Shown here in pieces: positions 16,727 to 25,579 of a stretch of DNA of 42,203 bases. The DNA is from a virus. Taxonomy: Duplodnaviria > Caudoviricetes. How positions within the stretch are numbered: the stretch's first letter is position 1; each line of letters starts with the position of its first letter. A model generated the notes under the pieces. The model was not told where the DNA came from, made no database searches, and saw only the letters and a list, made by a program, of their open reading frames with translations. A program made the position numbers and the translations under genes. The DNA is taken from positions 1 through 42,203 of the IMG/VR virus record IMGVR_UViG_3300020045_006235. One strand, 5' to 3'.

Positions 16727-17620
16727 CCCGCAGTACTTTCTCTTTTTGACGGAATGAGTTGTGGACAAATAGCATTAGAAAGGGCAGGAATAAAATACGA
16801 TGAGTATTATGCAAGCGAAATTGATAAACACGCAATTAAAGTCGCTGTAAACAATTATCCAAAAACAAAACAAATAGGAAGTGTTACGGAAGTAAAAGCC
16901 GTTGATTTGACTAAAATAGAATTGCTAATGGGCGGAAGTCCTTGCCAGGGATTTAGTTTTAGCGGAAAGCAATTGAACTTTGATGACCCAAGAAGTAAAT
17001 TATTTTTTGAGTTCGTAAGGCTTAAAGAAGAATGTGAGCCTAAATGGTTCTTACTTGAAAATGTAGTTATGAAAAAAGAATACGAGCAGGTAATTACCAA
17101 AGCATTAGGAGTTGAGCCAATAAGAATAAATAGTGCATTGGTTTCAGCTCAAAATAGAGAAAGATTGTATTGGACAAATATTCCTAATATTACACAGCCG
17201 AATGACAAAGGGAAAACAACAAAAGATATTGTTGGTTTTGAAAGCGAAATTCCTTGTGTTAACGAAACTATAAGCGAAATTAAAAAATATACATCAAGAG
17301 ATTTTCAGGTTTCTATTTCAAAAAATGGCAGAATAAGACCTCATAGATTTGATTATAAAAAAAGCGGTATATCAGAAATAGGAACAATCGTAAACCCGAA
17401 TGATAAAACAGTCACTATAATTGCATCTCATTCACCGAAAACGTACAAATCAAATCCTTTTGAAATTTATCCATTAAACCGACAAGAATGCGAACAATTA
17501 CAAACAGTTCCGATAGGATATACTGATAGCGTATCAGAACAGCAAGCTAAAAGAATGTTAGGAAATGGATGGACAGTTGATGTTATCGCTCATATTCTTT
17601 CTTTTATACCGCAGTCGTAG
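16664..17620 (+). CDS. DNA (cytosine-5) methyltransferase, cassette 2 cargo
   Basis: LSLFDGMSCG (motif I), GGSPCQGFS (IV), ENV (VI), QNRERLYW (VIII), LGNGWTVDV (X). Confidence 0.92.
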   Translation: MKAQNNNSVQDQDGNSSKPLLPAVLSLFDGMSCGQIALERAGIKYDEYYASEIDKHAIKVAVNNYPKTKQIGSVTEVKAVDLTKIELLMGGSPCQGFSFSGKQLNFDDPRSKLFFEFVRLKEECEPKWFLLENVVMKKEYEQVITKALGVEPIRINSALVSAQNRERLYWTNIPNITQPNDKGKTTKDIVGFESEIPCVNETISEIKKYTSRDFQVSISKNGRIRPHRFDYKKSGISEIGTIVNPNDKTVTIIASHSPKTYKSNPFEIYPLNRQECEQLQTVPIGYTDSVSEQQAKRMLGNGWTVDVIAHILSFIPQS

Positions 17621-17648
17621 TATTGCGGGTAACTACTTGCTAACAGCT
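17619..17648. other. Cassette-2 end and candidate non-hairpin recipient (attI-like) site
   Basis: AGTATTGCGGGTAAC complementary to 16723-16737 (14/15), followed by TACTTGC-TAAC and no long hairpin. Confidence 0.5.
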
Positions 17649-17665
17649 ATAAATGTATTACAATT

Positions 17666-17845
17666 ATGAAATTTTATACTAAAACAAAGGTTATAAGGAT
17701 TTCAGAAAGTCAATTAAAAACGCTTCAAAAAATGAAGTCTTATAATGTTGATGTTGGTCATTTTATACGTGAAGCAATCAAAGAAAAGATAAAACGAGAG
17801 TATCAGGATTTAGTACCAAAAGAAAAATCTAAATGCCCGTTTTGA
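17666..17845 (+). CDS. RHH/CopG-like small regulator (59 aa)
   Basis: Hand-translated TKVIRISESQLKTL...VGHFIREAIKEKI: strand-helix-helix pattern. Confidence 0.65.
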   Translation: MKFYTKTKVIRISESQLKTLQKMKSYNVDVGHFIREAIKEKIKREYQDLVPKEKSKCPF

Positions 17846-18272
17846 GTTTTGGTAGGTAAAACCAAAGAAACACAAATAAGCAAATGATAAAAGCCAAACC
17901 AAGCCACAGATAAATATAATTAGTTTTATCTGTGGTTTTGTTTTTTTCTATAACGATAGTTTTAGTGATGTTGTATTTTGTTTTCAAAGCCAACACTACT
18001 ATTTTTATTTTACTTTTATTGTTAATTATCGAAGCATTCTTGTACTCTTTTCCATCAATCCACATAGGTTTAAGCGCATCAATTGGTTTTGCCGTGAAAA
18101 TATCCATCAAAACAATTTTAGACCCCATAGAGTAGCTATTTTCGATATTTATATTATCGGTTTTAGTTTCGGATTGTGACAGGTCAGTATTTCGAGCCCC
18201 CCCACATCCGTAAACAGAAAAAAGCAATAATAAAAGTATCGCCACGAATGCGCAAAATGTTAGGTTTTTCAT
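17829..18272 (-). CDS. Putative unimolecular spanin
   Basis: Lipoprotein signal ending VYG-C, beta-rich middle, C-terminal TM helix; follows the endolysin. Confidence 0.7.
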   Translation of the reverse strand: MKNLTFCAFVAILLLLLFSVYGCGGARNTDLSQSETKTDNINIENSYSMGSKIVLMDIFTAKPIDALKPMWIDGKEYKNASIINNKSKIKIVVLALKTKYNITKTIVIEKNKTTDKTNYIYLWLGLAFIICLFVFLWFYLPKLKTGI

Positions 18273-18736
18273 ATCGGTTTAATTTCAAAGTGCATCCAGT
18301 CATAATCTTTTTCAATACCCAAAGACAAGAAACCATTCTTATAAAATATATCAATCATTGGTTTATATTCCGGACGTGCAAATCTTGCCGTTTTTTTAGT
18401 TTCGTGAAGTTGGTTTCTTTCGGGATCTAAGTCCATTGCTATTCCCCAGGAATGACGGCTATAATCTGAACCACCTCGCATTTGTCTAAAGTTAAAACAA
18501 CCTCCAAACAAATCTATTCCGAGTTCTTGAATTTTTTCAAGTCCATAATGTTCTAATAAATCCTTAAAAACATCAGTAAAATTCTTTGCAACTAATCCGT
18601 GACAACGCATTGTTTTGACTTTTGTTTTTTTATCCCAAGCCAGGCGCATTGGATAAGGCAAGTTTATTGTAACTAAATAAGTCCCTTGTTGGTTTGGTTT
18701 TCCAAAATCTTTAATCGCTTGTGCTGTTGTTATCAT
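18269..18736 (-). CDS. Endolysin, M15-family peptidase
   Basis: FNFR...SRHSWGIAMD...DWMHFE; likely start MITTAQ. Confidence 0.88.
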   Translation of the reverse strand: MITTAQAIKDFGKPNQQGTYLVTINLPYPMRLAWDKKTKVKTMRCHGLVAKNFTDVFKDLLEHYGLEKIQELGIDLFGGCFNFRQMRGGSDYSRHSWGIAMDLDPERNQLHETKKTARFARPEYKPMIDIFYKNGFLSLGIEKDYDWMHFEIKPI

Positions 18737-18740
18737 AATT

Positions 18741-19055
18741 TTACTTTTCTTTAAACGGATCAATAAATTCCTTATCCCACTTGGTGTAAAAATTTGCTCG
18801 TTGCTTGGCTATAATGTCCTGTTTTTTACTTTCGATGTGTAGTTTACTCATTCTTATAAAATGAATCAACCTAACAACTAAATAAACTAAACCAGCAATT
18901 GCCAAAAGTAGATTTACAACTCCCGAAACGCTGTTTAATAATTGCGTTCCTATTTGTCCAGAAAAAACAATTGGCAAAATATCCATTAAGGTAAAGCTCC
19001 AAAATGTACCAACTATTAAATCCAAAAAGTTTAAAAAATCCTTAATCTGCTGCAT
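18741..19055 (-). CDS. Holin candidate
   Basis: Two hydrophobic segments and charged C-terminus; adjacent to the endolysin. Confidence 0.55.
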   Translation of the reverse strand: MQQIKDFLNFLDLIVGTFWSFTLMDILPIVFSGQIGTQLLNSVSGVVNLLLAIAGLVYLVVRLIHFIRMSKLHIESKKQDIIAKQRANFYTKWDKEFIDPFKEK

Positions 19056-19381
19056 AGGTTAAAAATAAGATATGACAATAATAATTTTAGGGCAATAAAC
19101 GATTCCATATCCATTAATCCAAGATGCACAAAATCCAAGGCGTTTATTATAAACAAAAATAGTGAAATTTTCCTTACTTTGGAATCTATTTAAACAAAAG
19201 CCATATAAAAAAATAATGTTCCGAAAATTATTAGATTAGAATAATCTTCAAGAACATTGCACATAAATCTTTTATTGTCTGAAAACAAATACCAAGACAC
19301 TCTTAAATCTGAATTATAAAAGAGTGCCTTTATATTTGACAAAGGAATTAATAAAAGTAATATCCAATGTTTACTTTTCAT
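19031..19381 (-). pseudogene. Multi-TM membrane protein with in-frame TAA at 19190-19192
   Basis: Frame continues ...MAFV*IDSKVRKISLFLFIINALD...CSRLRIF to TAA at 19031, overlapping the next gene. Confidence 0.6.
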
Positions 19382-19607
19382 CCTTGATAAGCGGTACTTG
19401 TCCGTTCCCTATGCTTTGAATTCCGGCAACTGGTTTTAACTTGTTGGAAAAAGCATTCCAAAGTAAGCCAACTACCAAAATAACTTTTGTAATTTTAGGA
19501 GATACTCCTAAATCCGCTAGCAATCCTGAGTTATCTGCTAATACACCATACAATGTATCGAAAAGTGCGCCCAATGTAACGAGCCAAGTAATCAATCTTG
19601 TTTTCAT
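19371..19607 (-). CDS. Small membrane protein (holin-like)
   Basis: 78 aa with two hydrophobic segments, in the lysis region. Confidence 0.55.
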   Translation of the reverse strand: MKTRLITWLVTLGALFDTLYGVLADNSGLLADLGVSPKITKVILVVGLLWNAFSNKLKPVAGIQSIGNGQVPLIKDEK

Positions 19608-19692
19608 ATTTATTTATTTAAAGTTACTAATTATTTTTCAAAATATATTATTGTGATTATCGCTAAAAATAGAATTTCCATAGTTGTTAGTT

Positions 19693-20271
19693 TTATGGAT
19701 AAACCCTGATTTCAATAAATGAATCCGTCATTAGTCCGTCCGTTAGAGTTCCTCCTGTTCTTGTTTCGATACCCACAAAATTAGTAGAGGCACTAGCTCC
19801 TCCTGTCAATGTAACGCCACTATTATTTGATGTAAGTATAACAGGAGATTTGTCCGCGGTAAAAGCTCCTGTTAACGTTCCGGCATATACACCTGTACTT
19901 GAATAAGTCCAAACAACCGTTCCTCCGAGTGTGTTTTCAAGTACTTTTGCAGTTGGTGCGCCTGTACTTGTTTGAGTCAATAGGGCTACGTATTTTTTAT
20001 AGTTACCCGTTGCAGACTGCACAAAAGCCGTTGTGGCTATCTGTGTTGTGTTTGTTCCTGCTGTAGCTGTTGGAGCTGTTGGGGTTCCTGTGAGAGCAGG
20101 AGAAGCTAAAGGTGCTTTTGAAGCCAAAGCATCAAATACAGCGTTCTGACTTGGAGCTACTGAAGTTCTACTGTTTTCTATTGCATCTGCAACATATAAG
20201 GATGTCTTTTTTGATTGAGCAAATAAACCAACCGAAAAACAAATGCAAAATATTATGATTATTTTTTTCAT
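19693..20271 (-). CDS. Tail-fibre-like protein with signal peptide
   Basis: MKKIIIIFCICFSVGLFA|Q; fibre repeat KAPLASPALTGTPTAPTATAGTNTTQIATTAFV; ends IEIRVYP. Confidence 0.7.
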   Translation of the reverse strand: MKKIIIIFCICFSVGLFAQSKKTSLYVADAIENSRTSVAPSQNAVFDALASKAPLASPALTGTPTAPTATAGTNTTQIATTAFVQSATGNYKKYVALLTQTSTGAPTAKVLENTLGGTVVWTYSSTGVYAGTLTGAFTADKSPVILTSNNSGVTLTGGASASTNFVGIETRTGGTLTDGLMTDSFIEIRVYP

Positions 20272-20281
20272 TTTTATTTAA

Positions 20282-22405
20282 TTAATAACTGTTAAACATT
20301 TCCTGTATAAAGGCTTCGGCTATAAATTGGTAACCTCTTGTATTTGGGTGTAAATTGTCGTAAGTCAAAAAAGGCGAGTTGTAGCCGTTAATACTTGATT
20401 TAGCATATAAATCCACTACAGGCAAAGCGGCCTGTTGACCGACTAGCAGTATAGCGTTCACAAAATCAAGCATTGTATTGCCATTTGAATTAACTGTATC
20501 CCAACTATTAAACCCTCCGTAATTTCTAAAAGTAGGGGTAAATAGTATTATTTTCGCATAAGGATTTTTTACATAAATACCATCCAACAAAACACGCAAC
20601 GCCCCGTAAAAAGTATTTACACCCGTATCGTTTAAATAATCATCGAAGTCGCCTAAAATCGTTTGTGTTCCGTAAGCAAAATCGTTTGTGCCTAAATATA
20701 TAGTATAATCATCAGCTACAGGCAGCCCTGCGACTTTAGTATTCGCAAAACCTCCGCTTTGCCCTAATTGTATCCCTGAATAGCCCTCATTAAAGATATT
20801 TTTAAAATTAAGCTTTTGATTTATAAAATAATCATAACCAATATACTGCTCTCCATTTGATGCAGGACTATCGCAAAAATCAGTAATAGAATCACCAATC
20901 AAACAAATGCTTTTACCTGTATGTTTTGACTTGTCTACCGTTTCATTTACTTTTATCTCAATATTAGTCCCTCTTCCTGTTGACACGCTCCAAACTGCCG
21001 CATCCGTAATACCACCCATTAAATAATGCAAATCTACAGGGTCACCCGAGCTGCCTACAGCTGTATAAAATAAAGTCTGAACATTGGTAACTCCAAAATA
21101 AAAATCCTCTGTAGAAAGCTCTTCTACTTGTATTGTATTTATTCCTGCGTTTACATAACGACTGAAATTTTTAATTACTTTATAATTCAAAGGAGAACTA
21201 GATATTTTTCTAAAAAAAGCAAAACTAATAATTCCAGAAGATACAGCATTTATCTTTATTTCTGTAACTGTACCTTTGGTAAATAATTCACTGGATATTA
21301 GGTTTATCCCGCTTGCCGTTGGCGTAGCGTATGATACGTTTAAAGGAAAACTAGTAGTGACATCATCTATATTGGCTTTTATTGCCAACCCATCAACTAA
21401 AGCCTTGGTACTAGCATAGGTTGTGCTTGACGATACAGTGTAGCTATTTGATTTGTTCGATATATTTTCTTTTCCTACGTTCAAATTATCCAAAGCCACC
21501 GTTACATTCGCACCTGTAACCGTTGAAGCGTTTGCAACTCCTGAGCTGGTCAATGGCGTTGGTACGTCTAAATAACTATTGTAAGAAGTTCCATAATATA
21601 CGCTTTCGGTTATACTTGCCGAAGCTGTTCCTACTTTTGCAGCTGAAACGTGATAACGAATTCTTTCGCCAACGCCTACTGATAATTGGGCTAAAAGCGA
21701 ACCGGATACCGTTACGTTCGTAATACTTGAATCGGCTAAATTAATTATTCCAGAATCGAGTATTAAAATAACCGTAACTCCTAAATCACCTACCGGTGCG
21801 CCTGCAATACCAGAAGCTATTGGTGTTCCTGCGTTGTTGCATTTGTATAATTCAACCGTAAAGCGTTGGGATGCACTATTTGGCGTTGTTGATACAGATA
21901 AATTTCCAGAATACGCACCGGGCGGGAATAATGTGACCATTGCGGCAGCATTACCTATAACATCCTGCGTGAAATACTTTTTTTCATCATCATTGTTTAC
22001 AACGGATTGAATAGCACTCGCTGCTGTTCCTTTAGTCATTCCTGTTTGGTAATACGGATTGCCGCCTACTGTAGTGCCATCAGCCGTATACCAAACTCTT
22101 GTAATATTTCCTGCTGTTGTAATTGGAATGTTTGCGATTGCGGTGTTTATCCCTGCTAAATGACCGCCAATTGTTGCCGATGTTGGCACGTAGCTTGTTG
22201 GGATTTGCGGAATCGAAATATTTTCGGGTGCGACTTTGCCTTGCGTTCCATCGCTTCCAAATGTTCCTATCCAAGTGGTTGTCGTTGGCACTTGCAAAAC
22301 GCTAACTGGTACGAGTATGCCATAAGGAAACTCTTGTTCTTGTCCTGTGGATGTTTGAGCCAATGCGAACAATGGTAGTAATAAAAATATAAGTAGTTTT
22401 TTCAT
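20282..22405 (-). CDS. Tail-fibre/spike-like protein with C-terminal SGNH (GDSL) hydrolase and signal peptide
   Basis: Start MKKLLIFLLLPLFALA|Q at 22405; SGNH blocks GDSIT, GYSG, LGTND, DNLHP. Confidence 0.8.
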   Translation of the reverse strand: MKKLLIFLLLPLFALAQTSTGQEQEFPYGILVPVSVLQVPTTTTWIGTFGSDGTQGKVAPENISIPQIPTSYVPTSATIGGHLAGINTAIANIPITTAGNITRVWYTADGTTVGGNPYYQTGMTKGTAASAIQSVVNNDDEKKYFTQDVIGNAAAMVTLFPPGAYSGNLSVSTTPNSASQRFTVELYKCNNAGTPIASGIAGAPVGDLGVTVILILDSGIINLADSSITNVTVSGSLLAQLSVGVGERIRYHVSAAKVGTASASITESVYYGTSYNSYLDVPTPLTSSGVANASTVTGANVTVALDNLNVGKENISNKSNSYTVSSSTTYASTKALVDGLAIKANIDDVTTSFPLNVSYATPTASGINLISSELFTKGTVTEIKINAVSSGIISFAFFRKISSSPLNYKVIKNFSRYVNAGINTIQVEELSTEDFYFGVTNVQTLFYTAVGSSGDPVDLHYLMGGITDAAVWSVSTGRGTNIEIKVNETVDKSKHTGKSICLIGDSITDFCDSPASNGEQYIGYDYFINQKLNFKNIFNEGYSGIQLGQSGGFANTKVAGLPVADDYTIYLGTNDFAYGTQTILGDFDDYLNDTGVNTFYGALRVLLDGIYVKNPYAKIILFTPTFRNYGGFNSWDTVNSNGNTMLDFVNAILLVGQQAALPVVDLYAKSSINGYNSPFLTYDNLHPNTRGYQFIAEAFIQEMFNSY

Positions 22406-22422
22406 AGTTGTAAAATTTAAAC

Positions 22423-22466
22423 CAAAGATAATAAAAAAATGCAACACTTGTACTTTGTGTTGCATT
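22423..22466 (-). terminator. Terminator abutting a -7 promoter box
   Basis: Perfect 10-bp stem AATGCAACAC/GTGTTGCATT with T-run on minus, then TATCTTTG (22423-22430). Confidence 0.65.
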
Positions 22467-22571
22467 GTTGTTCGTGTTGTTTTGGCTTTCAACTTAACCT
22501 ATATAAAAATTAGACAGATGCACTTCGTTTTAAGCCGAGAGGTGTTCTAATTGTGTGGGGTTAAAGGTAAT

Positions 22572-22604
22572 AAAAAAAACCGATACAAATTAATGAATCG
22601 GTTT
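22572..22604 (-). terminator. Intrinsic terminator
   Basis: AAAACCGAT...ATCGGTTTT stem with T-run on minus. Confidence 0.7.
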
Positions 22605-22617
22605 TGATTTGATTATA

Positions 22618-22836
22618 TTACCATTCTATTATTAATCCAGTATCTCCACGAAACCACTCTCCGTGGGTCACTTTAAATCCCATCCTCGATAAATCAGCAA
22701 TGGTGTCATTTGATACAAATTCAAAATGAGGAATGAAAAATTTAAAATGAGTTGGGTTGTTTTTGTTAAAACCTTCTATTTCTTTGAAAATTTCGATAGC
22801 TGTTCTGCTAGTCTTCAATAATTCTGATGCTTTCAT
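22618..22836 (-). CDS. Hypothetical protein
   Basis: 72-aa ORF. Confidence 0.65.
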   Translation of the reverse strand: MKASELLKTSRTAIEIFKEIEGFNKNNPTHFKFFIPHFEFVSNDTIADLSRMGFKVTHGEWFRGDTGLIIEW

Positions 22837-22849
22837 TTTTATTTTTTAT

Positions 22850-23659
22850 TTAAATAGTTCCTTTAACATTAAAATCCATTACAACCTCCACACCGTGACC
22901 TAATTTCTCCTCAATTTCCGAAATGGTCATTTTCTTTTTGTTTATTATGGTTGCGAATTTGCCTTTATTGAAAACGGCACAACCATCCGAGTATAAACAA
23001 TTGTCTGCTTTTACAAAATTGTATTTTCCATTATCAACACCGTTAAATTGATTTATCGGTGTTTTAAATTGAACCCCTACTTTACCCCCCAATTTCTCCC
23101 ACTCCTTAATCAAAGCCTCTTCGACTTCTTTTGGTGTCATTGGCTCGCAATTGTCTTTTATATAACCAATCATATCGCCAAATCCATTTTTACCTCCTGT
23201 CATCCATTCCGTATTATTATGACCGTAATATTCTCCTGTGTTTACATCGATATGACAAAACCATTTTGGATGCTGTCCGTTTTTATGCTTGTAATAACCA
23301 TCAACAACAATCAACTCCTTTTTAAAACAATCGGGAAACAAATCATTAAGTTGTGATTTTGTCAAGTCATTCCCGTGGCGATGAAGAGATAAAATGGTTT
23401 CCTTTGTGATTTTGTATTCGTCAAATTCAATTCCACACGCCTCGAGAAATATTTTAGCATTGAATGTTTCGTGGATTTCGTCTGCATTTTCACAATTGTA
23501 ATGTCCAATTCCAAAAGTATTTGATGAATTATAATAATTAATTAAATACCCAAAATAAGGACTCGGATTTAAATCTACTCCCAAAATATCTGAAGACTTA
23601 AACCTATCCTTAATAGAATCCCAATCTTTTTGACTCGCTTTCATTGCAATTTTTTTCAT
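22850..23659 (-). CDS. Hypothetical protein
   Basis: 269 aa; C-terminal KKMTISEIEEKLG motif typical of phage accessory proteins. Confidence 0.75.
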   Translation of the reverse strand: MKKIAMKASQKDWDSIKDRFKSSDILGVDLNPSPYFGYLINYYNSSNTFGIGHYNCENADEIHETFNAKIFLEACGIEFDEYKITKETILSLHRHGNDLTKSQLNDLFPDCFKKELIVVDGYYKHKNGQHPKWFCHIDVNTGEYYGHNNTEWMTGGKNGFGDMIGYIKDNCEPMTPKEVEEALIKEWEKLGGKVGVQFKTPINQFNGVDNGKYNFVKADNCLYSDGCAVFNKGKFATIINKKKMTISEIEEKLGHGVEVVMDFNVKGTI

Positions 23660-23662
23660 AAT

Positions 23663-23791
23663 CTAATTTTTAGTTTGTTCTTTTTTTAATTCTTCAGCGG
23701 TTCTGGTTTTAGCGTAGGCACGAATTTCTTTTATTAAAGACGGGTGCATTGAAATTGTACGCTTTATTGTGTTGGTTTTTTTTCTTCCCAT
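23663..23791 (-). CDS. Small RHH-like regulator (42 aa)
   Basis: MGRKKTNTIKRTISMHPSLIKEIRAYAK. Confidence 0.55.
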   Translation of the reverse strand: MGRKKTNTIKRTISMHPSLIKEIRAYAKTRTAEELKKEQTKN

Positions 23792-23795
23792 TGTG

Positions 23796-24167
23796 TTAGT
23801 AGTTTTTAAATATTTCATCAATAGAATTGTCAACATAAAATATTCTGCTGTCCGGTGTTGTAGCCCCATATTTGTTAGCTAAATATTGAGCATAATCTTT
23901 CACGTCTTTAAATTCTATTCCGTAAGATTTTGAAATTGACATCAAGTCTATTTTATCGGATTCATCAACTTTATACCACCTATCTCCGCAACAATTACAA
24001 TCTATGCCTTTATCGCATCCATTAAAATAAACACCAAGCTCTTTAGCTTTGTTTTTTGCTTGTTTTGATGTTTCGGCTTCGATAAACAGTCTATGACAAA
24101 CATTGTTATCGACATCGAATGAACCACCGCTATTGTTTTGTGAAAATTCATAAAAAAATGTACTCAT
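23796..24167 (-). CDS. Conserved phage hypothetical protein
   Basis: Start MSTFFYEFSQNNSGGSF; DCNCCGDRW; promoter box TATATTTG at 24196-24203. Confidence 0.75.
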   Translation of the reverse strand: MSTFFYEFSQNNSGGSFDVDNNVCHRLFIEAETSKQAKNKAKELGVYFNGCDKGIDCNCCGDRWYKVDESDKIDLMSISKSYGIEFKDVKDYAQYLANKYGATTPDSRIFYVDNSIDEIFKNY

Positions 24168-24250
24168 AATTAAAATTTTAAGTGTTATTAAAGCACAAAT
24201 ATAAGTATTCTTTTTTAATATACAAGCGTTCTTATAAAACATTTTCACAT

Positions 24251-24287
24251 AAAAAAACCCACCGTATTAGGATGGGGTGGTGTGGGT
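24251..24287 (-). terminator. Terminator after the tail genes
   Basis: ACCCAC...GTGGGT stem with T-run on minus. Confidence 0.55.
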
Positions 24288-24296
24288 ATAAAAATG

Positions 24297-25064
24297 TTAT
24301 ATCAATTCAAAGTACAAATAATTGTTTAATACTGGAGCTTTATATATTGTCAATATATTATCGGTTTGCGACCATCTATTTGTACGTGCTGTATTGTTTG
24401 CTGTTGTTTTAGAGTAGTTACCATCGTTATTACGAACATTTATACAAGTTAATCCATCAGGCAAAGTGTAATCGGTTTGTCCTACTGCAAATCCAGCGGT
24501 TACTCCACAAATACCATCCATTATTTGTGGGATTTGTGCTGCTGCTGGGTCTGGTTTGTTAAATATGTAGTCTGGAGCGTCTGGATCGTTTTGTGCCATA
24601 TCGCCACGCACATTAACCTGCGCACCAGATTCAATACCATCTAATTTCAGCTTATCCTCTTCCGTGAATATTGAAATAGCAACGGTATCTAATTTTAATT
24701 CAGATTCATTAACTATCAATAACTGACCATCACGCCCAAAATAAGTAAATGTATCTAATAACTCATCGAAACGAGTTGCAGTACCACTGCCACCAATTAC
24801 AACACCATCAAAGAAACCCGCTGCAATTAAAGAAACCCACAAATCATCAATCGAAGTAGGAACGTGTGAAACGCCTGTAATAATGGTAATTTCTGAATAT
24901 AAGATATTTTGTTTTAGGATTATATTTGCACCGTTTGCCGTTTTGAAATTACAATAATCGCCAATGGTAGTCAATCGGTTTTGTTCTGAAATAATAGGAA
25001 CGCCACCATCTAACTCCAAAGAGAAAAAATTACCTGATTGCTTTGTAATTACTAAACTGCTCAT
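24297..25064 (-). CDS. Putative tail protein
   Basis: KLDGIESGAQVNV...PDYIFNKP fibre-type motif; position. Confidence 0.65.
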   Translation of the reverse strand: MSSLVITKQSGNFFSLELDGGVPIISEQNRLTTIGDYCNFKTANGANIILKQNILYSEITIITGVSHVPTSIDDLWVSLIAAGFFDGVVIGGSGTATRFDELLDTFTYFGRDGQLLIVNESELKLDTVAISIFTEEDKLKLDGIESGAQVNVRGDMAQNDPDAPDYIFNKPDPAAAQIPQIMDGICGVTAGFAVGQTDYTLPDGLTCINVRNNDGNYSKTTANNTARTNRWSQTDNILTIYKAPVLNNYLYFELI

Positions 25065-25576
25065 AGTTTCATTATGTATAAATGGACAATGTATGGTTGT
25101 AGGTTTTTATCTGTTCCAGAAACGCCTGTACTTTCAGTAGTGGAATATACAACAGAGCTACCAGAATTATCTAAAGTGTATTGACTTCCTGCACCGCCTG
25201 CATCGTTATTATTTCGTCTTATATTGTGACTATGCTCGACTACAACCGCATCCTTTGAGCCACCCGTTTGTGAAAATGTGGAATATCCCAAACCATAACC
25301 AATTCCAACACGCCCGGTTAAATCGTCTGTTCCGTTATTCCCATTACATTGCGCCCATCCTAAACGTAAATTCTTGCCTAATCCGTTTGTTTCAAAGTTT
25401 GCGGTATAATATGCTAAATCACATTTTATACGCTTAATATCGCCTGATTGTGCCAAATTAGCCTGTATGTAATCCAATAAAGCGTGTTCAACTTCACGAT
25501 GTTTTACAGCGGGTATTTTTATACCACTTGCCAAATTTGCATTGATTAAATCCTGTATATCGGTATAAGTACTCAT
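25061..25576 (-). CDS. Tail-collar-like/short fibre protein
   Basis: GWAQCNGNNGTDDLTGR...GGSK...EHSH...NLQPYIVHLYIMKL. Confidence 0.75.
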   Translation of the reverse strand: MSTYTDIQDLINANLASGIKIPAVKHREVEHALLDYIQANLAQSGDIKRIKCDLAYYTANFETNGLGKNLRLGWAQCNGNNGTDDLTGRVGIGYGLGYSTFSQTGGSKDAVVVEHSHNIRRNNNDAGGAGSQYTLDNSGSSVVYSTTESTGVSGTDKNLQPYIVHLYIMKL

Positions 25577-25579
25577 ATC

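Noticed and set aside
19693-25576. Diversity-generating retroelement or invertible fibre locus
   Set aside because: No reverse transcriptase, invertase or TR/VR pair was seen.
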